From Rotaria socialis (taxonomy: Eukaryota), in assembly GCA_905331295.1 (NCBI GenBank), contig CAJNYD010000596.1:129345-193344 (forward strand): a stretch of DNA of 64,000 bases, written 5' to 3'. The translations under genes were made by a program, and so were the position numbers. The notes beneath the pieces are model-generated. The model saw only the letters and a program-made list of their open reading frames with translations, searched no databases and was not told where the DNA came from. Each line of letters begins with the position of its first letter. Position 1 is the first letter of the stretch. Positions 1-13,703 of this stretch are shown here, in pieces.

Positions 1-3000
1 TTCGTGAGAATATTTGTTTAACTTACAAATCATGACGTTCATTAATACCATCACGTATTAAAATATCTACCATATCACGAGTATGAACATCGATGGTAAG
101 AACTGTTTCAAATTTGTTATATTCATCTTAGAAAACAAGCGTTCCAGAATCAGATCCAGTCAAAGTTTTCCTTACTTGATTTTAAAAATTTTCTCATTTC
201 TAAAACAATTTCTTCTATTTGAAAGTTAAGTTGTTTAACGTAATTTTTCATGGCTAAACGTTGATTTTGCCTGTTCATTTTATCGAATTGACTAAAAGTA
301 CAAGGAACAATATAGCTCTCAGAGTCAAGGGGGGAAAGGCGGATTTTTGGGATTTTCAAAATCCCAAATCCGCCTTTTCCCCCTTGATCAGAGTTCTCAA
401 ACAGCTGTGTGAACATAGTTCGAATTCGGAACCTTCCTATTTTAGTACTAAACATTTTTTTCTATAATAAATAAACATACTCTTCGATTTCCCATGTACT
501 CCATAGTTGATTCACAGCTAAAACAACCATACCGATGTATTTTCTCATCCATTCTAATCTATTCTGTTTAAAACGATAATAAAAAATAGCTTCTTTAGTT
601 AACCAACGGTTTGAATATTTCATTTCTTTTTCAATGTGTGACATCCATATTTCAACTTTTCCATTACATTCAATTGGATTCAAAAAAAACATTTCTTCAT
701 TTTCTAATGAAATCATGGCTGTAGCATACATAGAATTTTCGTCACTACTATTTAAATGAACTAGTTCGTCATCTTGTTTATGTTTAAACGCTGATAATTT
801 ATCATATTGAACAAAATATAGAGCCGCTATATTGTCAAACAATTTTTGTAAATATCCTTGAATATGATTTGGATCCAATGAGCCAATTATCGACAGAAGT
901 TCATCATCGGACAGGAAATAGAATCGTGGAAATAATTGACGTTTCGTATTTAAATATTCATTTAAATTTTTTTGAATTTTTTCAATAAGTATTAAAATAG
1001 ACTTTAGTTCATCGTATCGGCCAGGATGTATACAAGCATCTTTAACGAATGAATTCCTCGATGTTTCTAAACGAAAAGACAAGATCTTCGACAAAACCAA
1101 GCAAATAAATTCAGATCAGAAAATACCCAACATTATTTTTCGATATAATTTATCAGCTGTATCAAATCGTTTCGCATCTTCACCAAATTGTAGATTGGAA
1201 CCAATGAATATATTTTCAAGATACATCCATTTTTGTTGTACAATAGTCCACAATTTAATTACATCAGAAATTAAGGATAAAATTTGAATCCATTGTTCAA
1301 CTTGTGAAAGATAAATACCAACGAAACGCGAAGTTACTATACCTTAAAAGAACGCAAGATATCGAATGAAACATTCGTTGGAGATTTCCAAATTACTGCT
1401 AAGAAGTAAAGTTGAATCTTCGAGTGCTTGAAGAATATCGTCAACACCGGTTATGATAAAGCCACGTTCTTGTTGAAAACTAGTGCCTGTTGTATGACGG
1501 TAATGTTTATGTATTTGAAAACGCATTGTGTCCCATTGCTGTTGAATATCATTAAGATTCTTTTCTATTTGCAATTCTTTAATAGCTGTTTGCAAAATGC
1601 CTAGATTAGAATTTGTCAAAAAACAAAACAATTCGGTTTTTATTTTTAAATCATATTAGTCTTTATTATCTCCTTTGTTTAAGAAAATTATCAATACTTT
1701 GAATTATATCGTGATATTGATGTAAATTCATTTGAAATATATTTTCCAATGTGAGAATGCTGTTTGCTAGGTCGATATCAATATTAGTCTCTTGAATAAT
1801 TTGTTGCCAATGACGTTCACGTAATGCTTCATTTTTCAAATCAACCATGATCGGAAGTGACGAACGAAAATCTAGTGAAACAAAATAACCCTAACGAGGA
1901 TAGGTCACCAAGTGTTCAATCGCTTTCAAGTCAGAGCTATGTGTGTCATGTAGACCCCAGCGAGGTATGAAAAACTCCAAAAGGATACGAGCGGATAGGC
2001 CTTCTGTCCAGAGTTATAGTCATTTTACTGAAATTTTAGCCTCTGGCATAGTATATATCAACAAATCGAATATCAGTATTTTGACCTGAAATTTCGCCCA
2101 TCGACAGGTCTCTTTGTGAGTAGAACACTCTGAAATTTTCAGCTCAAAAGAATGGTTCATTTCCGAGATATTAAAGTTCCAAAAAGCACTCATATTTCAC
2201 AACATATACTAAAATGTTCTGATTTTTGAGACTTTACTATTTCGGAAACGAAACATTCTTTTGAGCTGAAAATTTCAGAACATTCTATTCACAAAGAGAT
2301 CTGTCAATGGGCAAAATTTCAGGTCAAAATACTGATATTCGATTTGTTGATATATACTATGCCAGAGGCTAAAATTTCAGTAAAATGACTATAACTCTGG
2401 ACAGAAGGCCTATCCGCTCTTATCCTTTTGGAGTTTTTCATACCTCGCTGGGGTCTACATGACACACATAGTTCTGACTTAAAAGCGATTGAACACTTGG
2501 TGACCTTCCCTCGTAAGTATCACAAAAGAAAGATGCTTGCTTTCTTAAATCACCTGACAAATATTTTTCAACTGAATGACCGACGATTGTTGTTTTAATA
2601 GCTGGTGATAAACGGCGGAAATTTTTAATAAATAAATCAACATTAACAATTAAATCATTAATATGAAGTTCTGCCCACAGGATATTTGACCACAGCTTTT
2701 TATTTCTTTTAAATTCCTCATAAAGATTAAATAGAGTATTTAAACCGTTGATTTCCTTTTGAACGCGTATTAAATTTGGATAACTAATCAATGGCATATG
2801 AAATAGTTTCATTATATTAATTATTTCAATTTTTCGTTGTTCTATTTTATCAATATCTTGTTCATATTGTTTTACAAGTAGAAATATTTGATCAAGATCA
2901 TTTTCAATCCGATATGGACCATAGTTATCAAATTTTTCTACAAGTTCATCAATCATTCGTTGAAATAGGTCAATATCGTATTGAATTATTTCACGAAAAC

Positions 3001-6000
3001 GTTCACGTATTGGTTTCAAACGATGTTGTACAATAAGTGATTGTTCAACAAGTTTTTCTAAACGAGGAAATAACGTGTTCATAAGTATCCACTCAGTCTG
3101 TGGATATTCAAAATGATGTTCTTCTAAAATTTGATATGATTGTATAATTTCGTCAATCTGATGTCCTATGGATTCTTGCTGTTGATTAATTTGTGTTATT
3201 ATATTCAAAACAAACTTTAAATCGGGTACAGTATCAGCATCGTGATTAAGACCTTGAAGTAAATTGTTTAAAATATGATCAATTTCTTTAAGTTTATTGG
3301 ACATGTTTAGATATAAATGTTGTCCATAATGATGTATCCATTCTTTGCAATGATGTTTTAATGCTTGATGAAATTGCTTAAAACGTAATTCAATTGAATA
3401 GATATTTTTATTAATTAAAAACCGATCGAATGTTTGATTGATTTTAGAAAAGACTGTCATTATTTCATCATAATCAGAATATGTTCGAGATTTTAAAGCA
3501 AATCGGCTTGTATATTTTTGTTTATCACTTTTCCATAAATCATTGTAGGTTAATAATTGACTAAGTCTTCGATTTAAATGAGTGACTAATCCGGAAACGT
3601 AAGAGCGAACTGGTTTTAACGCTGAAGCCTAAAAAGCCATTGAATTAATTTCACAAATTACATAAAGCAAAACTATCTTCTATTTGCGAGTTTGTCGTTC
3701 TCTCAGTATGCTTTCCTGTGAATCTTGAGGGTGTGGGTGTGTCTCAATCTTACGTTCAACAACAAACCCACACCCACTCAAATTGAGAGGTCTAGTTTAA
3801 AAGAAAAACAAGATTCACTAATACTTACAACATCAGGATGCTGTTTGACATCATTGTAGAACGTAAAATCTGGTGCTTCGAGATTTTCTTCGTGTACCGA
3901 TGTTGACGGACACGACAAGCATGTACCATGTAACCATCGTACGAAGTGCTTCGGTAATTGACTGATTGCATGTGCACTACGCCGAATAGAATTGATAATT
4001 TCTTCAAGCGGCGGTTGTAGTTTAATACGAGGAGGCGCAAGGATTACATCAATAGTAAACAGTGATGACGTACCGAAGATATTTTCATAGAATTGACATA
4101 GATTACGAACAACTAATTCAACTAGAGAACTGAATATTTCATTTTCCCAATATGCATAAAATGGATGCACTAAAATAGGAAATAAAATTCTACATTAATA
4201 AAGTAAAGAAATCAACTTACTAGTTTTATGCTTTCCAGTATTAGTACCGAATACTAATGCTTCGATTTTAGTTAATAAAGGGCCAATCAATTCATAACGT
4301 CGTTTTAAACTCAGCCCAATATCATGACGTTTCATTGAGAGAAATTCAAAATATTCGCGACAAGTAAATAAACTTCCTAGATAAAAGAATTCATTTTTCT
4401 TATTCAGAGCTGGAATATCATTATGATTTATTAAATAAATCCTATGAAATTCATATAAGATTCCTAGATACGTAAGAGAATAAAATAATAACTGATTCGA
4501 TTGTGTAGATAAGACTCAAAGCTTTTCGGTGTCATAGAGGGAGACAATTGATCAAGATAAGATTTAAAAAATATATATTAATCGAAGTAACATACCATCA
4601 TGATGTCCCGGAACAGTAGGATCAACAATGCAAAAACGAAAACTTTCAAGATGTTCCCGAATAACCGATGAAATTTTTCGTATTTGATTCAGAATCGAAT
4701 GAAATTGTTCCAATTTTTGTTTACATTGATTTATATAATCAACATTTCCTATTTCTCCGAATGATATTCTTGACACTCCAGGTTGAATACTATTTTGAAT
4801 TTGTTCAATGGACGATTGAAGAAGTGATACTTCAATAGTATCAAGTGATGCAATGGTCAAATGATAATCTTCAAGCATTGATCGGAGTTCAGTCGATACT
4901 TGTTCAAACTTTGAATATTGTAAGTTGATTTGCATAATTGATTCAGGCAAATTAAATCCAAGTTTTTCTAAGTGATAACATTCAGTTAATGATTCTGTTA
5001 AATTTGGATCATAATTTATCAAGTATTTTATTTCAATTTTTTTCTTAGTACCCATTGGATCGAATACATATTGAAATAAATGGCATTTTTCTTTATATAA
5101 TTTTAATTTATTTACTATTGAATGCGATTGATCGATCGATGTTGGCATACGGTTTGTGTCTTTTTTAGTTATATAAAGTGGCAACCGATATCCAGGACTA
5201 CTATGAATAAGTTCCACGTGGTTACTATCGAGAAATAGATCTGGTCGTTGTTCAGCATCGATAAGTAAACTTTGTTTGAGATAGATCGGCAAATTTTTAG
5301 TCACACTATCAAGCCATTTTGTATAGAGTTCTTCTTCGTATTTTTTAAGTAGAGTACCTATTTCTATAAATCGTTGTTTTGCAGTTGCACCTTGTTCGGA
5401 TTGAAGTAATTGATCGACTGAAAGGAATTTAATCATTGGAAGTTTTATGCGTTTGAATAAAAAACGAGACCATTGAATAGCACCGGCAATAGGTGGAAGA
5501 CCCTAATAAATGAATATCCTTTATATTATGCTCGATAATGAAAATTTGAGGAAATCTTCCGTTATTTTTGCTATGATTGAATAGAAATAATCAGTACGAT
5601 TCAAGTTTGAACTAGCATCTAGTGCTTGCTGCTTATCTCAGGAAATATTTACTTTAAATATGGGTGGATTATCTTTGTATTTGACGAACAGATCATAGAT
5701 GCCATCAATTTCTTTACAATATTGTAAAAGAATAGCAGTAAATTGGCGAACCATTTCATATGCTAAAACATGAGTTGTATCAATCTTTTGAAATTTCATC
5801 AGCATATCAAGCGCTGTTTCAGCTGAACGAAGTTGTGTAAACGAAGCCTGTATGAAAATTTTAGCTTCTTGTTCAATTATGGATGAACGATGATTAAATT
5901 CTTCGATAAATGAATGCCATTGTTGAGAATTTTCACGATTAAACATATCAAAATGGCATGAAAGAAACGAATTTTTTAAGCCTGCTACATGTTCAAGTAC

Positions 6001-8444
6001 TCGATCAACCATTTGTTCGTCGCCCGTAACAGCTTTCATTTCTAAACCAAATATATCATAGAATTCATTCAAATTAGATAGCATTCTAATTAAATCATCA
6101 CATATTTGTGACAAATAATCTGTTCTATCAAATAATATTCGATGCTCAAAATTCCATGTTGAAAAATTATGTTTATCATTTTCAAGTTTTGCTCGAGTAT
6201 TTTGATATTCAATTTTCCATTGAAGTAATAATTGTTTTGATTGATAACAAAGATTTTCAGCTTCGTTTAATGTATACGATGATAGTAAAGTTCTTATATC
6301 AATCTTTTGTTGAACTCGATTTATTATTTCATTAGCGATTTTTTCCATCAATGGAACAAATCGTTCATCTTTATTATAATATTTTGACATCGTCCTAAGA
6401 AATTTTGAAAAAAGTCATATAAAACTTGAGCTTTTAGTTACAGTAAGAGATGTTATTCTAACGATTTTTAGAACTAATTACAACAGAACTCTTTTGTGCT
6501 TCTAAATCATGACGCATGTTTTATATAATTGATTAATACTTCGAAATTATGGTTCATACAGCAATTTCGAAACTTATTTAGAAGAACAGGGAAAAGGCAT
6601 ATCTTTAACTTTTCTCTTACCAGATCGTTTTTAAGCCTTGCATTAAATTTGGTAACATATGAATAATCGTTTGGAATGATTTTTCCATTTGTAACGTTTT
6701 CAAGTGTCTATCGATCGTTGATAGAAATTTATAATTATCAGTTGCTTCTAATAGATAGCTTTGAAGTTGTAATTTTATATTATTAAATCCGCACAGTGAA
6801 GGACTATCAATGTTTGTTAAAACACGAATAATTTTCATGACGTCATCTAAACGAAGAAAAAAAAAGTCCTATTGAACGATCCGAAAGAGCAGCTGATCAA
6901 TAAATAAACCGTTTTTCATTTGTTCTAAAATCGATGTTACTCGAATAGATCGTTCGTGCCAAAATTCTAATTCAGCCAGTGGACTTGAATTTAAGACGCG
7001 TCTATTTAGTTCATTATTCATTTCTTCTTGTAATATTCTTTCCCAATTATAAACAATGAATTCAAAATTTTCAACATATTCCTCGTCTGTTTCATCTCCA
7101 CTCGTTAATAAGTCTTTATTTGGTATAGTTAAGTTAAATTCACCTTGCATTTGACGTAAAGTTGATTTAATATGTAAACGAAAACGATTTAAACTTAATT
7201 GCAATTGATCCCGTTGTGTTAATGTTTCATTTGGTGAAGACTTTAATTCGTCTATGAAAGATATTGTTTCAGAAAAACAAAAAGCATTCACAGAATCCTG
7301 ACGGAGATTACAATGGCAAGCAAGATATTACTTTCTTGTTGTGAATTAACGGAGAATCTCTCGGAGCTACTTTTCTCCAATATTCTTCTAAGAAATCTTT
7401 CAGAAATCGAACTAAGAAGTAAGCCATTGGCTAATAGAAGATTTACGCTTACAAACCAAACGTGTATTTTATCAGGCAATTTTGTTTTTGCATTACCAAA
7501 ATAAAACTAAGTTATGTTAGGATTCCAGAATTAGAACAATCGGATTTTTCTGAATTACGACGTATTGCATCGAAATATGATGCGGATATTTCTGATAGTC
7601 CCTTTATTTCGATTCTTTACTTGTTGATGATTGTTGATTGGTCGACGGTAATATATCGTGATAGATAAGCGATAGAATCTCTACTAGTGAAACAAGTGGT
7701 TGTTCGTCAGGAATAAATCCACAGATTATATTTTCATTCATGATTAAATTCATTTCGTCGAATGTTGACGATTGAATTAAATATTGTTGAATATCTGTTC
7801 GAATAAAATAAACGAATGTTTTCTTTGTTAGATTATGATAATGATAATATTCACAATAAAGATGCGTTTGACGATAAGATTTTAATTCAAAATAATAATT
7901 TTTATTATCATATTGATTCATAACTAAAAGACGTTGAATATTTTTGAGATATTCATAAGTAGAATCAATTGAATCACCAGATGATAGACGAGCATAGTTC
8001 ACAACATAATCAACTAGAATATTTGTAAAAAAGTCTTCTTCTTTTTTTTTTTAGAAATATTCACTTGAAAACTCAGTTTCTATATTAATGGGTTGATTGA
8101 CGTTTAAAATAAACTGTTGGTCGGTTTCATCGTCATCAAGCTACAAATAATAGCCGAAATGATTTATGAATGGTTTTTTTTTGGTGGAATTTTCATACAT
8201 CATCAAGTTCTTCTTCGTCAATAGTTTCAATCAGTTGCCAAACGTCTCGTTTTGAATCTTCGCGATGAAATATTAATGCATAGGATCTTTCGTGCAAAGC
8301 GGTATTTGTAGTAAGAAATTTATCAATCTGATCTTCATTAAAACCATTATGTCGTTCTAACATATCGATAAATATTGACCTATCAATATTTAACATTTGA
8401 CATGTTCGACGGCAGAGCCACTCAACACGAAAATCATCTAGCAT
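1..8444 (-). CDS. DNAH10: Axonemal dynein heavy chain, DNAH10-like (inner arm I1/f alpha). Multi-exon 5' portion (tail, DHC_N1/N2); continues past the window start
   Basis: Chain of minus-strand ORFs joined by GT-AG introns. N-terminus MLDDFRVEWL; motifs PLAELEFW, SKYYNKDERFVPLMEKIANEI, DLKNEALRERHW, KRQLFPRFYFLSDDELLSI, GKVEIWM. Paralog assignment is from recalled similarity. Confidence 0.88.
326..386. mobile_element. 61-bp GC-rich hairpin micro-MITE (hAT-like) in a dynein intron
   Basis: Near-perfect palindrome CAAGGGGGGAAAGGCGGATTTTTGGGATTT...AAATCCCAAATCCGCCTTTTCCCCCTTG. Flanked by ctcagagt (318-325) and atcagagt (387-394), a 7/8 TSD. Lies inside intron 292-480. Confidence 0.7.
1895..2513. 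mobile_element. Foldback MITE, PIF/Harbinger-like (TAA TSD), in a dynein intron
   Basis: Inverted arms of ~290 bp beginning CGAGGATAGGTCACCAAGTGTTCAATCGC and ending GCGATTGAACACTTGGTGACCTTCCCTCG. TAA at 1892-1894 and 2514-2516. Removing it shrinks intron 1872-2553 to 60 bp. Confidence 0.9.
3726..3780. repeat. Mini-element with inverted telomere-like ends (TGAGGGTGTGGGTGT ... AAACCCACACCCACTCA) in a dynein intron
   Basis: Read directly. Similar units occur at 9796, 18142, 18703, 28212, 32711, 52488, 52659, 56709 and 59387. Confidence 0.7.
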
Positions 8445-11400
8445 TTTCTTGTTCTAGTTTTATTGGAAATCTCCAATTACATGAAGTCTATCAGAGTAGT
8501 GGCTCATAAGTAAAAAATCGGCGCCAACTATCATAGCGTTACTTTGTAAATTGATACACAAAGAGAACATGTATTGATATTGTACGGAGCCATTGTTAGA
8601 CTCTCTGTAGATAGGAGATATTCGCTAAAAATCTTTTGCGTAAATTTCATTTTTATTGTTAGTGTTTAGTTGAAAGATAGATTAAATTTTCTTATAGATC
8701 AGACACTTAGTTTGATAAATTTAAGGTAATATTCAGGAAATTTCTAATTTTGTTTTTATACCGTTGTCTATACTCTATAATTATCTGTTTTTCAATGAAT
8801 GCCTTCGATGGAATAGAATGAAATTGCTCTTTATGGATACTTTAACACTTTGAAAAATACATAAATTAGAAATCTTATCGAGAGCAAATAGATGATTAGT
8901 TTTAATTTTCTGAATCGTGAACTTATATCGATTTTTTCATTTTCAGTTAATTCATAGATGTGACACAAGAGATAGTACAATAACCGCGATTCAGTGGAAT
9001 AGAACTATTTAATCTCTCAAACAGCTTTTTATTCATACTGTCAATGCTCATTTTACTTCATAGAAAATGCCTGTACATTCGATGAGCTCATTCTCATATT
9101 CAGTCTGCATCCTTCACAATCTATAGATCTCGATAAGATAACGGATGTAATTTTAAGAATACAAGTTATTTCACAATCTGCTTCGCCAAAAACATTATTG
9201 GTATCACGAGGGGGTCTACTAAAGTGAAACAAAATTTTCTCATTTGAACAACATTAGCATCATGGATTCTATTAACATTAAATAATATTTGAGCACATAA
9301 AACTTCGTATATTTACCACCTGCAAAAAACGCTATATATTATTTGTCCACAAAGATTCTTCCCTGACTTGAGCTATTAACAAGTACAAAAATAGAACGAA
9401 GCTCTTCAAAAGAAGCAAACCTGCTAAATGTTTATAATTCCACATTTCAACTGTCACTATTTAACAGTAAACTTTAAGGAAACAAATTATTCTTTTACGA
9501 GTAAAACTGCATAGAGCCATTCGAAAACTCGAACATCAATGATGGAGACCAAAACCTTGAGCCTACTGACTGCCATAAATATAGCCAGACACCTGATAAG
9601 TCTTTGCCAACGCAACAGAATCAAACGAAATTTCAAGATATGCAATCGCTTTTCCTCAAAAATTGCATACAGGAAACTGTTCACTGGATACTTCAATCAA
9701 TCTTCATCCTTCACTACGATGAAAATCTTGCGATATGATTATTATCATGCATGTAAACTTTACGCCTCTATGCTTTATCTCATGAACAATGCAGAAGGAT
9801 GTGGGCGAATGTGAGTGAGGAGAGCATACACCCACACCCTGTACATAAGTCGTGGCATAAGTTGAAATTCTGGCAAAGAAATTATCTATTTCAGTTTCTT
9901 CCTTTATTGTCTTTCTTCTTTCACATAATAACTCGTGTCTTTTCCCAGCCATATTGCTACCTTTTGGAATATCCGACGCTCAACTTAACATATGCTATAA
10001 ATATCTGCTGATTTATACATTGTGTGCAATCTATATTAGAAATAGGACTTCTACGAAAGAGAGCTGAGTGAGTCGGTAGACGAGTGTTACTTGTATGTTA
10101 ATGTAGTAGCATTTTTATTTCACAAAATACCATAAATAAATTAAATAACTCGATATCGACCGAATAATCAAGAAGTAAAAGGAGAATGTCATGTAAACTG
10201 CTGCGACATTAAAAGAAATAATTAGATTTCTACAAGTATTTGTTAAAAAAGTTTTTTTTTAATTCATTTTTATTCATGTTGTGAACCGTATCGCTGGCTA
10301 CTTAACGGATTTCAAACATCGTTGCATTGAATTTGGCTTCAAGGTGTTTTTGTTTATCTAGACAATAAAGAAGAGAAAAATGCCATTTATTGATACTAAA
10401 GTAACAATGCACTGTTGTCAATTCAATGGCTTGCTTTATATCGTTAAAACGAAACGATACCAAATCTATAAAAACGTTAAAAAACTAGTCTTTTATAGAA
10501 AAAGAAAATGATCATTGCGTTTTCAGATAATATAAGCCATGTTTTCTTCTGATCGTCTGGCATCGATGTTCATCGCAGCTGGAAATCTGCTACTTTTTTC
10601 AATTAATATAAAAAGTACTGCTATTGTTATCTCTAAGACCTGGTTAAAGTACAGTTCATGTTGACTATTAAAACAATTTCTATCTTTAGACGATCTTTAT
10701 TCTATGAAATCTCTGAGAAACTCATTGCTGCTTAGAAACCTTATGAAATTTCAGTACAAATAGATCCGAAGTTTTGCATGGCAAAGAATGTTTTAAGTAG
10801 TACATCGATTAGAATGAAGCTCGGAGAACATTGTCTTGCAAAAAATCAAAAATCGACCGACTGGAAACAATTCTTCTATTGAGAGTCTTCAATAATCGCA
10901 AAGGAATATGAAATTTTCCTTGTAATTCAAGCTGCTTTTTGTGTAACTTTTGATGGAATTCAATGGACTTGTTCTCTATATAATATTTAAAATAAATCAA
11001 CAAAGTATTAATATAATATAATCTTAAATACATAAAGGTATTTTATATACGGATCGATTGGCAATTGCCCGAAAGCATTAACATGACCCATATTATATCG
11101 CATATCGTATAAATTTAAGTTTCTCTACTTATATTCTATTTTCCGGCATTAAAGGAGTCATTTTATGAAAATGAACTTCAAACCGTGCCAAACAAACAAA
11201 ACAAAATATTAAAATATATTTATAAAAGTAAAACAATAACCCTCGAATATAGATAATATGCATAGCGATTTATATTTTAACTGCGTATTTTTTTCTTTTT
11301 TTCTCAAAAACACACAGCTCAACCATTTTTGTACTTATTCATCTTAATCGACGTCACATATGTTAAATATAGTCTATTATATTCAACAACAGCAGCAGCT

Positions 11401-11692
11401 GTCTCTCGATGATACTACAAATTATGAATGACGTATACTTGTTTTTTTCATTTAACGAGTTTCTTCACCCTTCTATGATCGTATTCCTGTGCTAAGCGCC
11501 CACGATATCGATATTTTTCTTTTCATCGATACCTTTGTCTCCTGCTCTTGCGTTCTATCTCATCTCCAGTATTTTTCCTCATATTTCATTTGTAAAAATT
11601 TTCATATCTTTGTTTTGATTGAATCATCTGCTTTCTTTTTTAGATCGAATATATTATTTTGTTGATTAAACGTTTACGAACAAAACAAAGCG

Positions 11693-12762
11693 ATGATCAA
11701 CAAAATAAAATCATCAACTGTTTTTAGACGTGGTCAGCAAGTAACAAAACCAGCTCGTCATTTTCTAAGCAAATTTATTAACGATTGGTCATTCAATTTT
11801 GCAGCAATGCTTGCTTTTAATTTATTAATTGCTCTTCTTCCCATTGCTGTAGCATTATTTGGAATATTAGGCTTAATTTTAAGAAACTATTCCGATACAG
11901 AACAGAAAATTAAGGATGCAATCGTTAATTCATTTTCCACCGATAATATCACACAAGTTAGCATCAAACAGGTGAATATTTATTGAAAAATTTAAAGAGA
12001 AAAATTCAGCTTGTTTATTTTTTTTCAAGATAGTTGATTTGGCTTTTGTTCAATTATCACAAGAGGCTGGTGGAGTTTTAGTTATTGGTATTATTTTTGC
12101 AATATTTGGTTCATCTCGATTGTTTGTTGCTATTGATAATTGTATGTCAATTATCTATCGATTACCCGAACGGTCATTGCTCCGTGAAAATATGTTAGCT
12201 TTTGGAATGCTTTTTATTTTCATCATACTTGTTCCCATAATGCTTGCAATTAGTTCAGCTCCATCTGTGTTAATACATATATTGCCAGGCGCCGCTGGTC
12301 GTTTTGGAACATTTATTGCTGGAATTATACTTTCATTAAGTGCAGCATTTATTCTATTTGAAATTATGTATTGGTTAATACCCAATAAAAAAATGTCATT
12401 TAAGGTCACATGGTGTGGGGCACTTGTTTCTGCTTGTACACTTGAACTATTTATCATTTTGTTTCCATTATTTGTACGACAATCTATGGGCAATTATAAA
12501 GGTAAATTATTCATTTAAACTTTTTATAAGATAAATATCTTATTATGTTGATTAAGGTCAAGTTGGTTGTGCTATTATTCTTCTTCTATTCTTCTATTAT
12601 TTTGCTACAATAATCATTTTAGGCGCTCAAATAAATGCTTTCTTTTTTGACCATTATCAACCATTAATCGATGGATTAGGCACATATTTAAGTCAAATGC
12701 ACGACAAATTTGGTGTTGAAAATTCAAAAAGACGATTATCTGATGAGAATACTAAACCATGA
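11693..12762 (+). CDS. YihY/virulence factor BrkB family membrane protein, 318 aa; exons 11693-11971, 12030-12501, 12557-12762
   Basis: Spliced frame is intact. YihY-type motifs DWSFNFAAMLAFNLLIALLP, FGSSRLFVAIDNCMSIIY, MYWLIPN, TWCGAL, YKGQVGCAIILLLFFYYFATIIILGAQINA. Two canonical GT-AG introns of 58 and 55 bp. Confidence 0.85.
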
Positions 12763-13703
12763 TCATACAACAATTCAATTATGATCACCGAAAAAAACGC
12801 TAATTAAGTGAAAAATAAACAAAAGACACAAATTTCGTTCGAAAAAATAAAAATTGGTTTTTGCTTTTATTTGTATATTCCCATATTGGTTATTCATGCG
12901 TGTGTGCATAGATGGTCGTCAGAAAAAAATATATTAAAATTAAAAAAAGACTGCTCATAGAATGTTTTATTATTCGTATGATAACATGGAATATATAAAT
13001 AATATGAACAAATTAGTTAAAAGTAGTGGCGTAACCAAAAACAACAGTCACAGAGAAGCTCAGGCCTCATCTAACTCTCGTATGGCTACGCGACTATTCA
13101 AAAGAAATCAGAAATAATGAAGATAAAGTTTTCATCAACTCTAAAAGGCATCGGAAATTTCAAGCCAGTTGATATGTCAGTCGTTTCTTCCTTGGTAGAA
13201 CACGTCGAATACGAATGTAGACAGATATTCGCTTGAATATCATATTCGGCAATAATGTTGACTGAGTTATAGAGAGCAATCATACACACAATAGTCAGTT
13301 CATCTGTTACAATCGACGAGTGAATCATTTTATAGTTCAGTGCATACAGTGACGGCGGAGTTACTGAGATCCATGAGGCTTGAGCCTCACCTAGATTTCG
13401 CAAGATGAGCCTCAGCCTCACTTGCTTTTGTACTGATTATTGCTATTTTTTATTCTTGCATCAAAGTAGCAGCAAAGAAAAGTATATTTTGGTATTTTCC
13501 AATCTTCTTTTTTTTATACTGACCATTTTTATTTTTACTGAAGTGCAATAAAAAGAAGACTTATTTTCTGCTTGATGCTTTCATAAAATTCCACGTTAGA
13601 AAAAAAATATTATGAGCCAAATCTAGCTTAATGATGCTCCGCCGCCCCTGAGTGCATATGCAACATATTGATCGGTATTGTCATATTCTCGATAACAAAT
13701 AAA

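Noticed and set aside
150..455. Apparent novel N-terminal extension in the 101-aa ORF, and the odd C-terminus of ORF 2438-3460
   Set aside because: Both are read-through into introns containing MITEs. Canonical splice sites restore normal dynein sequence.
8900..11050. Coding-like fragments upstream of dynein
   Set aside because: No consistent frame, splice pattern or recognisable family. At most an old pseudogene.
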